A stretch of DNA of 64,000 nt from an uncultured delta proteobacterium (GTDB lineage Bacteria; Myxococcota; Myxococcia; Myxococcales; Anaeromyxobacteraceae), in NCBI GenBank assembly GCA_963814585.1, contig CAWFDF010000016.1, positions 45,966-109,965 of the forward strand, in the 5' to 3' direction. Under the pieces are notes generated by a model that worked only from the letters and a program-made list of their open reading frames with translations, was not told where the DNA came from and did not search any database. Of this stretch, positions 10,248-19,644 are shown in pieces (positions within the stretch are counted from its first letter, which is position 1; each line of letters starts with the position of its first letter). Made by a program: the position numbers and the translations under genes.

Positions 10248-11126
10248 ATGAAGACCACCACCCGCGCCGCGCTCGGCGCCGCCTCGGCGCTGCTGCTCTC
10301 GCTGGCCGCCTGCGAATCCACCACCACGGAGTACGTGACGGTCACGGCCCCGGCCAGCACCTACCTGGTCGAGTACATCCCGGGGATGATGGACTCGGTG
10401 GTGGGCAAGTCCACCTTCAAGCTCCGCGTCCGCACCCGGGCCGACTCGCTGCCGGCCACCGGCCTGGCCATCTCGCTGAAGCCGGTGATGTACATGCCGA
10501 CCATGACCCACGGCGCGCCGGCCGACGTGGTCACCGAGTCGGCCACGCCGGGCACCTACGACTGCGCCGTCTACTACCTGATGATGTCCGGGGGCGGCAT
10601 GGGGTACTGGGAGGTCACCGCCACCATCGGAGCCGAGAAGGCGGTCTTCGACCCATCGGTGGGCATGGCCATGGGGCCGATGGGCGAGTCGGTCCGCGTC
10701 AACCTCTGGGGTCCGACCGACGTCGGCATGGGCGGGATGGGCACCAACAAGTACTTCCTCTTCCTCGACGGGCCGCTGACCGCCGCGGCTGGGTCGCTGA
10801 AGCTCCACGTCTCGCGCAGCGAGAACATGATGATGGACTTCAAGCCGGTCTACGTCGGCGCGACCCTGGCGGCGCCGACCGGCGCCGTGACCAGCGTCAC
10901 GCTGGCCGCCTACGCCACCACCGACACCGCCTTCACCACCCCGCTCCCCGCGGTGCACTCGGCCAACGGCCACTGGACCATCGACCTCTCGTCGCTCGGC
11001 CTGATGGCGGGGACCCAGGCCACCGTCAACCTGAAGCTCAAGGTCAACGGCGAGGACAAGACCACCGACGGGCTGGTAGTCTCCGCCACCAACGCGTCGA
11101 TCCCCTTCAAGGCGACGCCCCAGTAG
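10248..11126 (+). CDS. Met-rich lipoprotein with YtkA/FixH-like Ig domain
   Basis: Lipobox LAAC; PVMYMPTMTHGAP motif; many Met clusters; GGGAGG RBS. Confidence 0.75.
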   Translation: MKTTTRAALGAASALLLSLAACESTTTEYVTVTAPASTYLVEYIPGMMDSVVGKSTFKLRVRTRADSLPATGLAISLKPVMYMPTMTHGAPADVVTESATPGTYDCAVYYLMMSGGGMGYWEVTATIGAEKAVFDPSVGMAMGPMGESVRVNLWGPTDVGMGGMGTNKYFLFLDGPLTAAAGSLKLHVSRSENMMMDFKPVYVGATLAAPTGAVTSVTLAAYATTDTAFTTPLPAVHSANGHWTIDLSSLGLMAGTQATVNLKLKVNGEDKTTDGLVVSATNASIPFKATPQ

Positions 11127-11157
11127 CTGGAGCCAGGCCGGGCACGAGGAGCGGGCG

Positions 11158-11622
11158 ATGTGGTTGGCGAGGTCTCTGCTGACGATCGCCCTGCTCCTCG
11201 CCGGCCCCGAGCAGGTCAAGCCGCTGCCCGGAGAGAAGTGCCCGGTCTGCGGAATGTTCGTCGCCCGCTACCCGGACTGGGTGGCCGGGGTGCGCTTCGC
11301 CGACGGGAGCCGGGTGCTCTTCGACGGCGCCAAGGACCTCTTCAAGTTCCTGTTGCGCTACGAGGACTACGGCCCGGCGGCGCGGCGCACCGACGTCGCG
11401 GAGATCTTCGTCACCGACTACTACACGCTCAAGCCGGCGGAGGCCCGCGCCGCCTGGTACGTCACCGGGGCCGACGTGCTCGGCCCCATGGGCGACGAGC
11501 TGGTCCCCTTCGCCCGCCGCCAGGACGCCGAGGAGTTCCAGCGCGACCACCACGGCCGGCGGCTGCTGAGGTTCGACGAGATCACCCACGACCTGCTCAA
11601 GGCCCTGGACGGCGAGCGGTGA
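11158..11622 (+). CDS. NosL-family protein
   Basis: CPVCGMFV, FDGAKD, VTDYY, GADVLGPMG, F…AEEFQRDHHG. Confidence 0.9.
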   Translation: MWLARSLLTIALLLAGPEQVKPLPGEKCPVCGMFVARYPDWVAGVRFADGSRVLFDGAKDLFKFLLRYEDYGPAARRTDVAEIFVTDYYTLKPAEARAAWYVTGADVLGPMGDELVPFARRQDAEEFQRDHHGRRLLRFDEITHDLLKALDGER

Positions 11623-11692
11623 CGGCGCCCGCCACATGGCCAGGGGCCGGCGGAGTCCGCCGCCGCGGGGCACCGCCCACCCGGAGGGCGCC

Positions 11693-11974
11693 GTGAGGCC
11701 CTCCGACCGGCTGCTGGTCGCCGTGGTGCTGGCCGGCCTGGCGCTGCAGGCCTGCTGGCTCCACGCCCTGGGACGCCAGCGCGAGCGCGGCGGCCACGCC
11801 GCGGCGACGGCCATGGTCCGCCGGCTCGGGCTCACCGATCTCGCCCTCTTCACCGAGGCTCGCTACACCCGCCACCCGACCCAGGCCGACCGCTTCGCGC
11901 CGTTCCAGGACCACCCCGGGGCGCTCGAGCACTTCCCCTCCGGCTCGGTGGTCGCGCCTCCGCCAGCGCCATGA
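11693..11974 (+). CDS. Small membrane-anchored hypothetical protein (TDLALFTEARYTRHP motif)
   Basis: GGAGG RBS and GTG at 11693; N-terminal TM helix; ATGA overlap with the permease. Confidence 0.7.
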   Translation: MRPSDRLLVAVVLAGLALQACWLHALGRQRERGGHAAATAMVRRLGLTDLALFTEARYTRHPTQADRFAPFQDHPGALEHFPSGSVVAPPPAP

Positions 11975-13110
11975 CCGCTCGCGCCTGGCTGGAGCGTCAG
12001 CGCTCGCTCATCGACTACACGCTGGCCTCGCTGGGCCGGCGGCGTGCCAAGAACCTCTCGCTGGTGCTGGTCTACGGCCTGACGGTCTTCGCCGTGGCCT
12101 CGACGCTCTTCCTCACCGAGGCCCTGCGCGCCGAGGCGGCCGCGGTGCTGAGCGGCGCGCCCGACGTGGTGGTGCAGCGGCTCGCCGCCGGGCGCCATGA
12201 CCTCATCGCGGCGGCCGAGGTGGAGAAGCTGGCGGGCATCCGTGGCGTGGAGCGCGCGGTGGGCCGGAGGTGGGGCTACCTGCACCGCTCGGTGAGCCAG
12301 GCCAACCTCACGGTGATGGTGCCGGAGCGCTTCTGGGGAGCCGACGGTGAGGTGGTGGTCGGCGAGGGCGTGGCCCGGGTCGAGCAGCTGCGGCCAGGGG
12401 CCAGCATGCGGCTCACCGCCTCGAGCGGCGAGGGGCTCGACCTCACCGTCCGTGAGATCATCCCGGCGGAGACCGCGCTCGTCACCACCGACCTGGTGCT
12501 GGTCTCCGAGGCCACCTTCCTGAGGCTCTTCGAGGCCGATCCGGCCCGCTTCACCGACATCGCCCTCACCGTCCCCAACGCCAGGGAGATCCCCAAGGTG
12601 GCGGAGAAGGTGCTGCGCCTGGTGCCCGGCTCCCGGGCCATCACCCGCCCGGAGATGCTGCGGACCTACCAGTCGATCTTCGACTGGCGCAGCGGCCTGG
12701 TCACCGTGGTGCTCTCCACCGCCATCCTGGCCTTCGCGCTGGTGGCCTGGGACAAGGCGGCCGGCCTCTCGGCCGAGGAGCGGCGGGAGATCGGCATCCT
12801 CAAGGCCATCGGCTGGGACGTCTCGGACGTGCTGCTGGTGAAGGCCTGGGAGGGGGCGGTGGTGTCGGCGGCGGCCTTCACCGGGGGCGTGGTGGCCGCC
12901 TACCTCCACGTCTTCGTGGGCTCGGCGGCGCTGTTCGCGCCGGTCCTGGAGGGCTGGTCGGTGCTGACGCCGCGGCTCCACCTCACCCCGGCCCCGGGCG
13001 GCCTGCAGCTGGCGACGCTCTTCTTCCTCACCGTGGTGCCCTACACGGCCGCCACCGTGGTGCCGGCCTGGCGGTCGGCCACCACCGACCCCGACGCGGT
13101 GATGCGGTGA
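11971..13110 (+). CDS. FtsX/LolE-like ABC transporter permease
   Basis: N-terminal TM helix, periplasmic domain, ERREIGILKAIGW, three C-terminal TM helices. Confidence 0.9.
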   Translation: MTARAWLERQRSLIDYTLASLGRRRAKNLSLVLVYGLTVFAVASTLFLTEALRAEAAAVLSGAPDVVVQRLAAGRHDLIAAAEVEKLAGIRGVERAVGRRWGYLHRSVSQANLTVMVPERFWGADGEVVVGEGVARVEQLRPGASMRLTASSGEGLDLTVREIIPAETALVTTDLVLVSEATFLRLFEADPARFTDIALTVPNAREIPKVAEKVLRLVPGSRAITRPEMLRTYQSIFDWRSGLVTVVLSTAILAFALVAWDKAAGLSAEERREIGILKAIGWDVSDVLLVKAWEGAVVSAAAFTGGVVAAYLHVFVGSAALFAPVLEGWSVLTPRLHLTPAPGGLQLATLFFLTVVPYTAATVVPAWRSATTDPDAVMR

Positions 13111-13796
13111 GGGCGCTCATCGAGGCGCGGGCGCTGCGCCGGGTCTTCCACCAGGGCCGCCCGGACGAGCTCGAGGCGGTCAAGGGCGTCGACCTCTCGG
13201 TCGAGGCGGGCCGGATCACCGTGCTGCGCGGGCCGAGCGGCTCGGGAAAGACCAGCCTGCTGGCCCTGCTCGGCGCCATGGCCCGGCCGACCTCTGGCCG
13301 CATCTTCCTGGAGGATCGCGAGCTGACCAGCCTGCCGGAGCGCTTCCTCACCGAGGTGCGCCGGCGCACCTTCGGGTTCGTCTTCCAGCAGCCCCACCTG
13401 GTGCGCGGGCTGTCGGCCCGGGACAACGTCATGCTCCCGGCCTTCCCGCTGGGAGGCCCGCGCCAGGCCCTGGAGCGGCGGGCCGCCGCGCTGCTCGAGC
13501 AGCTCGGCGTGGCGCACCGGGCCTCGGCGCGGGCCGACTGGCTCTCGGGCGGCGAGGCCCAGCGGGTGGCCATCGCCCGCGCCCTGGTCAACGACCCGCG
13601 GGTGATCATCGCCGACGAGCCCACCGCCAACCTGGACAGCGCCCTCTCGGCCGGCTTCATGGAGATCGCGGCGTCGCTGCGCGCGGCCGGGAAGACCCTG
13701 CTCCTCGCCAGCCACGACCCGCTGGTCTTCGAGGCCGGCGTGGTCGATCGGGTGGTGACGATGCGCGACGGGCGGATCGAGGCCGGGGCGCCATGA
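13107..13796 (+). CDS. LolD/MacB-like ABC ATP-binding protein
   Basis: GPSGSGKT, LSGGEAQRVAIARAL, ADEPTANLD, SHD. Confidence 0.95.
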   Translation: MRALIEARALRRVFHQGRPDELEAVKGVDLSVEAGRITVLRGPSGSGKTSLLALLGAMARPTSGRIFLEDRELTSLPERFLTEVRRRTFGFVFQQPHLVRGLSARDNVMLPAFPLGGPRQALERRAAALLEQLGVAHRASARADWLSGGEAQRVAIARALVNDPRVIIADEPTANLDSALSAGFMEIAASLRAAGKTLLLASHDPLVFEAGVVDRVVTMRDGRIEAGAP

Positions 13797-14785
13797 TTCT
13801 CAACCCGGCGGTCATCGCCCTGGCCGGTGGCGCCGTGGTGGCGGCGGTGCTGGTGGGCGGCGCGGCCGCGCAGGGCGTCGGCATCCTCCAGTCCTGGGAC
13901 CTGCGGAGCGGCTCGGAGCGCCAGCTCCTGCTGGAGCGGCGCACCGCCCTGATCTCGACGCTGGTCGGCCACGCCCTGGCCTTCCAGGTGCTGTCCCTGT
14001 TCCTGTTCGTCTTCACCGCCGACGCGCTGGCCCCGCAGTTCACCGGGGCCATGTGCGCGGCCGGGTCGCTGGCCGCCGATCCCCACGGCTACCCGGCGCT
14101 GCTGCTCATGCTGGCGGCGGCGGTGGCGGCCGGGCTCTGGCTGATCCTGGACCACGCCGACGGCCTGGGCCACGACTACCCGCTCCTCCGCGTGAAGTAC
14201 GCGCTGCTGCTCCTGGTGGCGCCGCTCCTGGTGGCGGCCGCGGCCTGGGAGGTGGCCTGGTTCCGCGGCCTCCAGCCCGAGGTCATCACCTCCTGCTGCG
14301 GCAGCCTCTTCAGCCGGGCCGGCCGGGGCGCCGGCGCCGGGCTGGCGGCCCTGCCGCCCGGGCTGGCCGCCGGGCTGCTCGTCACGACGGTGGGCGGCGC
14401 GGTGGCGGCCGCGCTGCACTTCCTCCGGCGCGGCCGCGGCGCGGTAGCGCTGGCGGTGCTCTCCGCCGCGGCGCTTCCGGCGGCGCTGGCGGGCGTGATC
14501 GCCTTCGTCTCCCCGTACGTGTACGAGCTGCCCACCCACCACTGCCCGTTCTGCCTGCTGCAGCGCGAGTACCACGGGATCGGCTACCCGCTCTACGCGT
14601 CGCTGCTGGGCGGCACCGTGGCGGGCATGGGCGCGGGGCTGCTGGCCCCGTTCCGCCGCATCGCCAGCCTGGCGGCGCCGCTGCCCACCCTGCAGCGCAG
14701 GCTGGCCGGCCTCTCGGCGGCGTTGCTCGGCCTCTTCGCGGCGCTGGTGCTGTGGGCGGTGCTCACCTCCAACCTGCGAGCCTGA
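13793..14785 (+). CDS. Multi-pass membrane protein with Cys/His motifs
   Basis: About eight hydrophobic segments; GAMCAAG, ITSCCG and HHCPFC loops; translationally coupled to the ATPase. Confidence 0.8.
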   Translation: MILNPAVIALAGGAVVAAVLVGGAAAQGVGILQSWDLRSGSERQLLLERRTALISTLVGHALAFQVLSLFLFVFTADALAPQFTGAMCAAGSLAADPHGYPALLLMLAAAVAAGLWLILDHADGLGHDYPLLRVKYALLLLVAPLLVAAAAWEVAWFRGLQPEVITSCCGSLFSRAGRGAGAGLAALPPGLAAGLLVTTVGGAVAAALHFLRRGRGAVALAVLSAAALPAALAGVIAFVSPYVYELPTHHCPFCLLQREYHGIGYPLYASLLGGTVAGMGAGLLAPFRRIASLAAPLPTLQRRLAGLSAALLGLFAALVLWAVLTSNLRA

Positions 14786-14987
14786 GCTGGCAGGGCCGGG
14801 CGGAAAGGCCGGGCCAGGCGCCTGCGCGGCCCCGACCCGTCCGGGTCTGCCGGGTCCCCTGCCCACGGGGCGTGGCGACGGCTGGCCCGGCCGCCATGGA
14901 GTGGAGTAACATCGACGCGCCGTCGAAGTCCCCGCCGTCGAGGTCTTCGTCAACGTGTCGCAGGGCTGGAAGGGAACCGCTCCTCGG

Positions 14988-15470
14988 ATGCTTGGCCTGG
15001 CTCACGGGATCGCCAGTCGGCTCGCCGCCGCCGCGGTGGCGCTGGCCCTGTCCGGCGCGCCGCAGCTCATCGAGCCGCCGGAGCACGCCAGGGGCCATCG
15101 CTGCCAGTGCCCGGTGCGCAACGGCCACCACGACTGCGACTGCCCGCTCTGCCACGCCGAGGCGGCCCGGATCGGCAAGTCCTCGGAGATCGATCCCAAC
15201 CTGCCCGCCTGCCACCGGGCGCTGGCGGCCAGGGCCCGCGCCGACGCCGACCAGTCGGCGAAGCGGAGGGCGGCCTCGGCGCCGTGCCTGACCTCCACCT
15301 GCGGCAGCTCGGACGAGCGGCTCCGCTCACCGTCGGCCGCCGACGGCTTCACCATCCCGCCGCCGTGGCAGCTCATCGTCCGGATGATCACCGCGGACGT
15401 GCCGGCGGCGCGCGATCTCGTGCTCTCCGCCCTCGGCGAGCCCGAGACCCCGCCCCCGAAGGGCGTCTAG
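14988..15470 (+). CDS. Cys/His-rich exported protein with C-terminal PETPPP (DUF2946-like architecture)
   Basis: Hydrophobic N-terminus, HRCQC…HHDCDCPLCH, Pro-rich C-terminus. Confidence 0.65.
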   Translation: MLGLAHGIASRLAAAAVALALSGAPQLIEPPEHARGHRCQCPVRNGHHDCDCPLCHAEAARIGKSSEIDPNLPACHRALAARARADADQSAKRRAASAPCLTSTCGSSDERLRSPSAADGFTIPPPWQLIVRMITADVPAARDLVLSALGEPETPPPKGV

Positions 15471-15701
15471 CCCGCGATCGCGCCTCCTGAACGGCACCTG
15501 GGACGTCCGGCGACGGATGACCAGGCGTGGAGGCTTGCGAGCGCGGGCCCTGGACGATTCGGCCCCGGAACCCCGGGATCCGCCGCCTGCGGGCAGCGGG
15601 TTCACCGGCCGGTCCCGCCGGGATCCGTCCAGCGCCGAGGTCGCGCCCGTAGCGGTGTTCTCTCTCGAACTCGAGGGTGAGGCATGTCCACGAATTCCGA
15701 T

Positions 15702-15726
15702 CGGCTCCTCCAGCGTGGAGGAGCCG
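15702..15726 (+). promoter_or_regulatory. Perfect 11 bp hairpin covering the SD sequence of the downstream HTH gene
   Basis: CGGCTCCTCCA-GCG-TGGAGGAGCCG, ending 2 nt before ATG 15729. Confidence 0.55.
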
Positions 15727-15728
15727 CC

Positions 15729-16181
15729 ATGAAGCGACGACTTTTCAGTCCGGCCGAGATCGCGGAGGCGCTGCAGGCGATCGAGGCCGGGGTCCGGGTG
15801 CCGGAGGTCTGCCGGCGCCTGGGCGTCTCGGAGGCCACCCTGGACCGCTGGCGGAGGAAGGCCGGGCTGATGCAGAGGCCGGCGGAGCCGGTGGTGCAGG
15901 TGCCGCTCGACCTCGACCAGGCCGCCAACCGGATCGCTGGGCTGGAGCGGCGGCTCGAGGCCTTCCGCATGGTCCTGGTGACCCTGCTCGAGCCGCCCGC
16001 GATGGCGCAGGCCGCCCGGCTCCTCGAGACCAACCTCTCGGTGAGCGCGCGGCGGGCCAGGCGGCTGCTCGGCCTCCCGCCCGTCAACTCGCCCCAGCTG
16101 CCGCGCCTCGAGGTGGGTGAGGACGGCGCCGTGGGACCGCCGGCCTCGCCGATCCTGCTCCGGAGCGGGAAGGAGGCCTGA
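15729..16181 (+). CDS. IS3-family OrfA-like HTH protein without an integrase domain
   Basis: FSPAEIAEALQAIEAGVRVPEVCRRLGVSEATLDRWRRK resembles HTH_Tnp_1; VSARRARRLLGL resembles the OrfB start; no DDE domain follows. Confidence 0.7.
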   Translation: MKRRLFSPAEIAEALQAIEAGVRVPEVCRRLGVSEATLDRWRRKAGLMQRPAEPVVQVPLDLDQAANRIAGLERRLEAFRMVLVTLLEPPAMAQAARLLETNLSVSARRARRLLGLPPVNSPQLPRLEVGEDGAVGPPASPILLRSGKEA

Positions 16182-16257
16182 TGGACGACGCGCGCGCCCC
16201 CTTTGGGTGAACCAGGCCGACACCCCACGAACACGGGACGGGAACCTGCCGCCGATC

Positions 16258-16274
16258 TTGGCGGTTTCATTGCG
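16258..16274 (+). promoter_or_regulatory. Putative sigma54 -24/-12 promoter TTGGC-GGTTTCA-TTGC
   Basis: GG-N10-GC spacing, about 33 nt upstream of the EAL gene. Confidence 0.4.
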
Positions 16275-16306
16275 ATATCGATCCCGCGCAGGTACCGTGT
16301 CGCGCA

Positions 16307-17398
16307 GTGATACCGTTCCCGTGGCGCCACGAAGCCGACGCCGCCGCGCCCTTTGCGGCGTCAACCGATTATTCCTCCGACGCCGGCTGGCTCTTCCTGT
16401 GGTTCCCCACCGCGCCGCCGCTCCAGCGCGCCGCCGACCTGCTGCGCGACACCGCGCATGACACCACGCTGTCCCGCTCCTGCCTCCAGGTGCGCATCGC
16501 CCCGGACGGGCTCGAGACCTGTGTCCAGCTCCTCGGGTCCGGGCTCGGCGAGGCGGTGGCGCGCCGCGCCCGCGCGCTGGTGATCCCCGGCGGCGAGCGG
16601 CCCACGCTCGACGATTTCGGCCGCATCACTTCGCTGCACGAGCTCAACGTGGCGGCGCAGACCGGCTGGCTGCTCGGCCAGTTCGAGTCGGGCAGCATCA
16701 CCAGCCACTTCCACCCCATCGTCCACGCCGGCGACACCACGCGGGTCTTCGCCCACGAGGCGCTGCTGCGCGGCCGCGGGCGCGACGGCAAGCCGCTGGA
16801 GCCGCTCACCGTCCTGCAGCGGGCGCGCGAGGCCGGGCTCTTCCAGGAGCTCGACCTGGCCGCTTGCTGCTGCGCCATCCGCGAGTCGGCCTACCTGGCC
16901 GACGACGTCACCGTCTTCATCAACTTCTCGCCGGCCATGATGGACGACGCCAAGAGCTGCCTCAGGGCCACGGTGGCGGCCATCGAGTCCGCCGGGATGG
17001 CGCCGCAGCGCTTCGTCTTCGAGGTCATCGAGGCCGACCGCATCGAGGACGCCGACCACCTCAACGACGTGCTCGACTGCTACCGGAGCGACGGCTTCCG
17101 GGTCGCCCTCGACGACCTGGGCGCCGGCTGGTCCACCCTCAACCTGGTCCACCGGCTGCGCCCGGACTTCATCAAGCTCGATCGCGAGCTGATCAAGGAC
17201 GTGCACGCCGACCGCGTCAAGGACCTGATCGCCAGCAAGCTGCTCGAGATCGGCCACGGCCTCGGCATCAAGACCATCGTCGAGGGCGTGGAGCAGGAGC
17301 AGGAGCTGGAGTGGGCGCGGCAGCGCGGCGCCGACTTCGTGCAGGGGTTCCTCATCGCCAGGCCGGGTCCGAGCGCCCGGCCGGTGGCGCGGGGGTGA
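16307..17398 (+). CDS. EAL-domain c-di-GMP phosphodiesterase
   Basis: FHPIV, HEALLR, FINFSP, FEVIE, LDDLGAG, IKLDR, VEGVE, QGFL. Confidence 0.9.
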   Translation: MIPFPWRHEADAAAPFAASTDYSSDAGWLFLWFPTAPPLQRAADLLRDTAHDTTLSRSCLQVRIAPDGLETCVQLLGSGLGEAVARRARALVIPGGERPTLDDFGRITSLHELNVAAQTGWLLGQFESGSITSHFHPIVHAGDTTRVFAHEALLRGRGRDGKPLEPLTVLQRAREAGLFQELDLAACCCAIRESAYLADDVTVFINFSPAMMDDAKSCLRATVAAIESAGMAPQRFVFEVIEADRIEDADHLNDVLDCYRSDGFRVALDDLGAGWSTLNLVHRLRPDFIKLDRELIKDVHADRVKDLIASKLLEIGHGLGIKTIVEGVEQEQELEWARQRGADFVQGFLIARPGPSARPVARG

Positions 17399-17399
17399 C

Positions 17400-19644
17400 G
17401 TGCACCCGCGCCTGCGCCGCCAGCTCGCCGAGCTGCTCGATGCCGACGAGGCCACCCGGCCCTCGCTGAAGCGGCTGTGGCGGGAGATCGAGGCCGAGTA
17501 CCGCCGGGCCGACCAGGACCACGCCGCGCTGGAGCACGCCCTCGCCCTGGTGACCGGCCTGGTGCGCCCGCCCGCCGCGCCCGAGGCGTCTCCGTCGCCG
17601 CTCCAAGGCCACGCCGCTGTCCCGGCTGCGCCGCCAGCTCTTCGAGCGGGCCCCCTTCGCCGCCCTCCTCTGCGACCGGCACCTGCAGGTGCTGGCCTGG
17701 AACGGCGCCGCCGAGCGCCAGTTCGGCCACGCCGGGAAGGACGCGGTGGGGCGGAGGCTGGCCGACCTGCTCTTCTCCGAGAACGACCGGGCCGCGGTGC
17801 AGCGCGAGCTGCTGGGGCACCTCGAGCGCGGCGAGGTCGACCAGTCGCTTCGGGTCGCCTCGCGCCGCTCCGGAGAGGCCCGCCTCGACGAGTGGACGCT
17901 GGTGCCGCTGCCGGACCGGGACGGGCACCCCATGGGCGCCGCCATCCTGGTGCGGGAGCCCTTCGCCTCCGACGACCGCTACGCGGTGGCCTGGCAGGGG
18001 ACCGGCGACGGCATCTTCGACTGGGACCTGCGCTCGGACCAGCTCTGGCTCTCCAGCACCTGGCTCGAGCTGGTGGGGCTGAAGCAGGGCAGCGGCGCCC
18101 CCGCGGACTGGATGGACCGCATCCACGCCTCCGACCGCGAGGCGGTCCAGACGGCCATGCGCGCCCACCTGCAGGGCGGGTCGCCCCGCTTCGAGAGCGA
18201 GCACCGCCTCCACCACGCCGACGGCAGCTGGCGCTGGGTGCTGGCGCGGGCCGGCGCGGTGCGCGACGCCGGCGGCAAGGCCATCCGCCTGTGCGGGTCG
18301 ATGATGGACGTGACCGAGCGCCGGGCCGCCGCCGACCGGGTGGTGCACGACGCCCTGCACGACCCGCTCACCGGCCTGCCCAACCGGGCCATGTTCCTGG
18401 ACCTGATCAAGCGCTCCTTCGCCCGCACCCGGCGGCGCGAGAGCTACGCCTTCGCGGTCCTCTTCCTCGACCTCGACCACTTCAAGTCGGTCAACGACGG
18501 CCTGGGCCACGCCGCCGGCGACGACCTGCTGATCCAGACCACGCGCCGGCTGCAGACCTGCCTGCGCGAGGGCGACACCCTGGCCCGCATGGGCGGCGAC
18601 GAGTTCACCGTCCTGGTGGACGACGTCAAGGGCGTGGTGGACGCCGAGGCGGTGGCGGAGCGCATCCGCCAGGCCACCTCGCTGCCCTTCCACATCGGCA
18701 CCCACGAGGTCTTCTCCACCGTCAGCATCGGCATCGCCATCTCGTCGCCGGCCTACGGCCGCCACGAGGACCTGCTGCTCGACGCCGACACCGCCATGTA
18801 CCGGGCCAAGGCCCAGGGGCGGGCGCGCTGCGTGGTCTTCGACGGGAACGTGCGGGAGCGGGCGCCGCAGCTCCTCGACCTGGAGACCGACCTGCGCAAC
18901 GCCCTGCAGCGGCAGGAGTTCCGCGTCCAGTACCTGCCGGTGGTGGACGTCGCCACCGGGCGCATCCAGGGGCTGGAGGCGCTGGTGCGCTGGGCCCACC
19001 CCAAGCGCGGCATGATGGCGCCGGACCAGTTCGTCCCCTTCGCCGAGGAGACCGGCCTGATCGTGCCCATCGGCCGCTGGCTCCTCCAGCAGGCCGGCAA
19101 GGACCTGCAGCGCTGCCGGAAGGCCCCCTCCGCCAAGCGCCTCATGCTCCACGTCAACCTCTCCTCCAAGCAGCTGCTGCAGGGGGACCTGCTCGAGAAC
19201 ATCGACGACGTGGTCCACGAGCACCACATGGAGCCGGCCGACCTCGCCCTGGAGCTCTCCGAGAGCGTCCTGCGCCAGTCGGAGGATTCGCCGCGCCGGC
19301 TGGCCCAGCTGCACAGCCACGGCGTCAAGCTGTTCATGGACGACTTCGGATCCGGCTCCTCGTCGATCCGCTCGCTGCACCAGTTCGAGTGCGACTCGGT
19401 CAAGATCGACCGCTCCCTCTTCACCGGCGGGGCACCGCGCGGCGAGGCGCCCGAGCTGGTGCGCACCATCATGGCCCTGGCCCGCGACATGGGGAAGCCG
19501 GTGGTCGCCGAGGGCGTCGAGACGGCGGAGCAGTTCCGCTTCCTGCGCGAGGTGGGCTGCAGCGCGGCCCAGGGCTACTTCTTCTCACCGCCCATCGACG
19601 GCGACGCCGCGGTCACGCTGCTGGAGAAGAACGCCCGCTGGTGA
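17400..19644 (+). CDS. PAS-PAS-GGDEF-EAL protein (apparent frameshift near 17600)
   Basis: HDPLTGLPNR, GGDEF, EALVRW and VAEGVET in the 17689..19644 frame; N-terminus in the 17400 frame. Confidence 0.88.

Noticed and set aside
7982..14785. Calling this a nitrous oxide reductase (nos) cluster
   Set aside because: No NosZ, NosD or NosR motifs in the window, and the ABC genes are FtsX/LolD-like rather than NosFY
7982..15470. Selenocysteine read-through in the Cys-rich genes
   Set aside because: The motifs are complete with Cys codons, and the TGA stops coincide with normal gene ends or start overlaps
15470..16306. Complete IS3 element or a c-di-GMP riboswitch
   Set aside because: No DDE integrase ORF, terminal IRs or recognisable riboswitch consensus found
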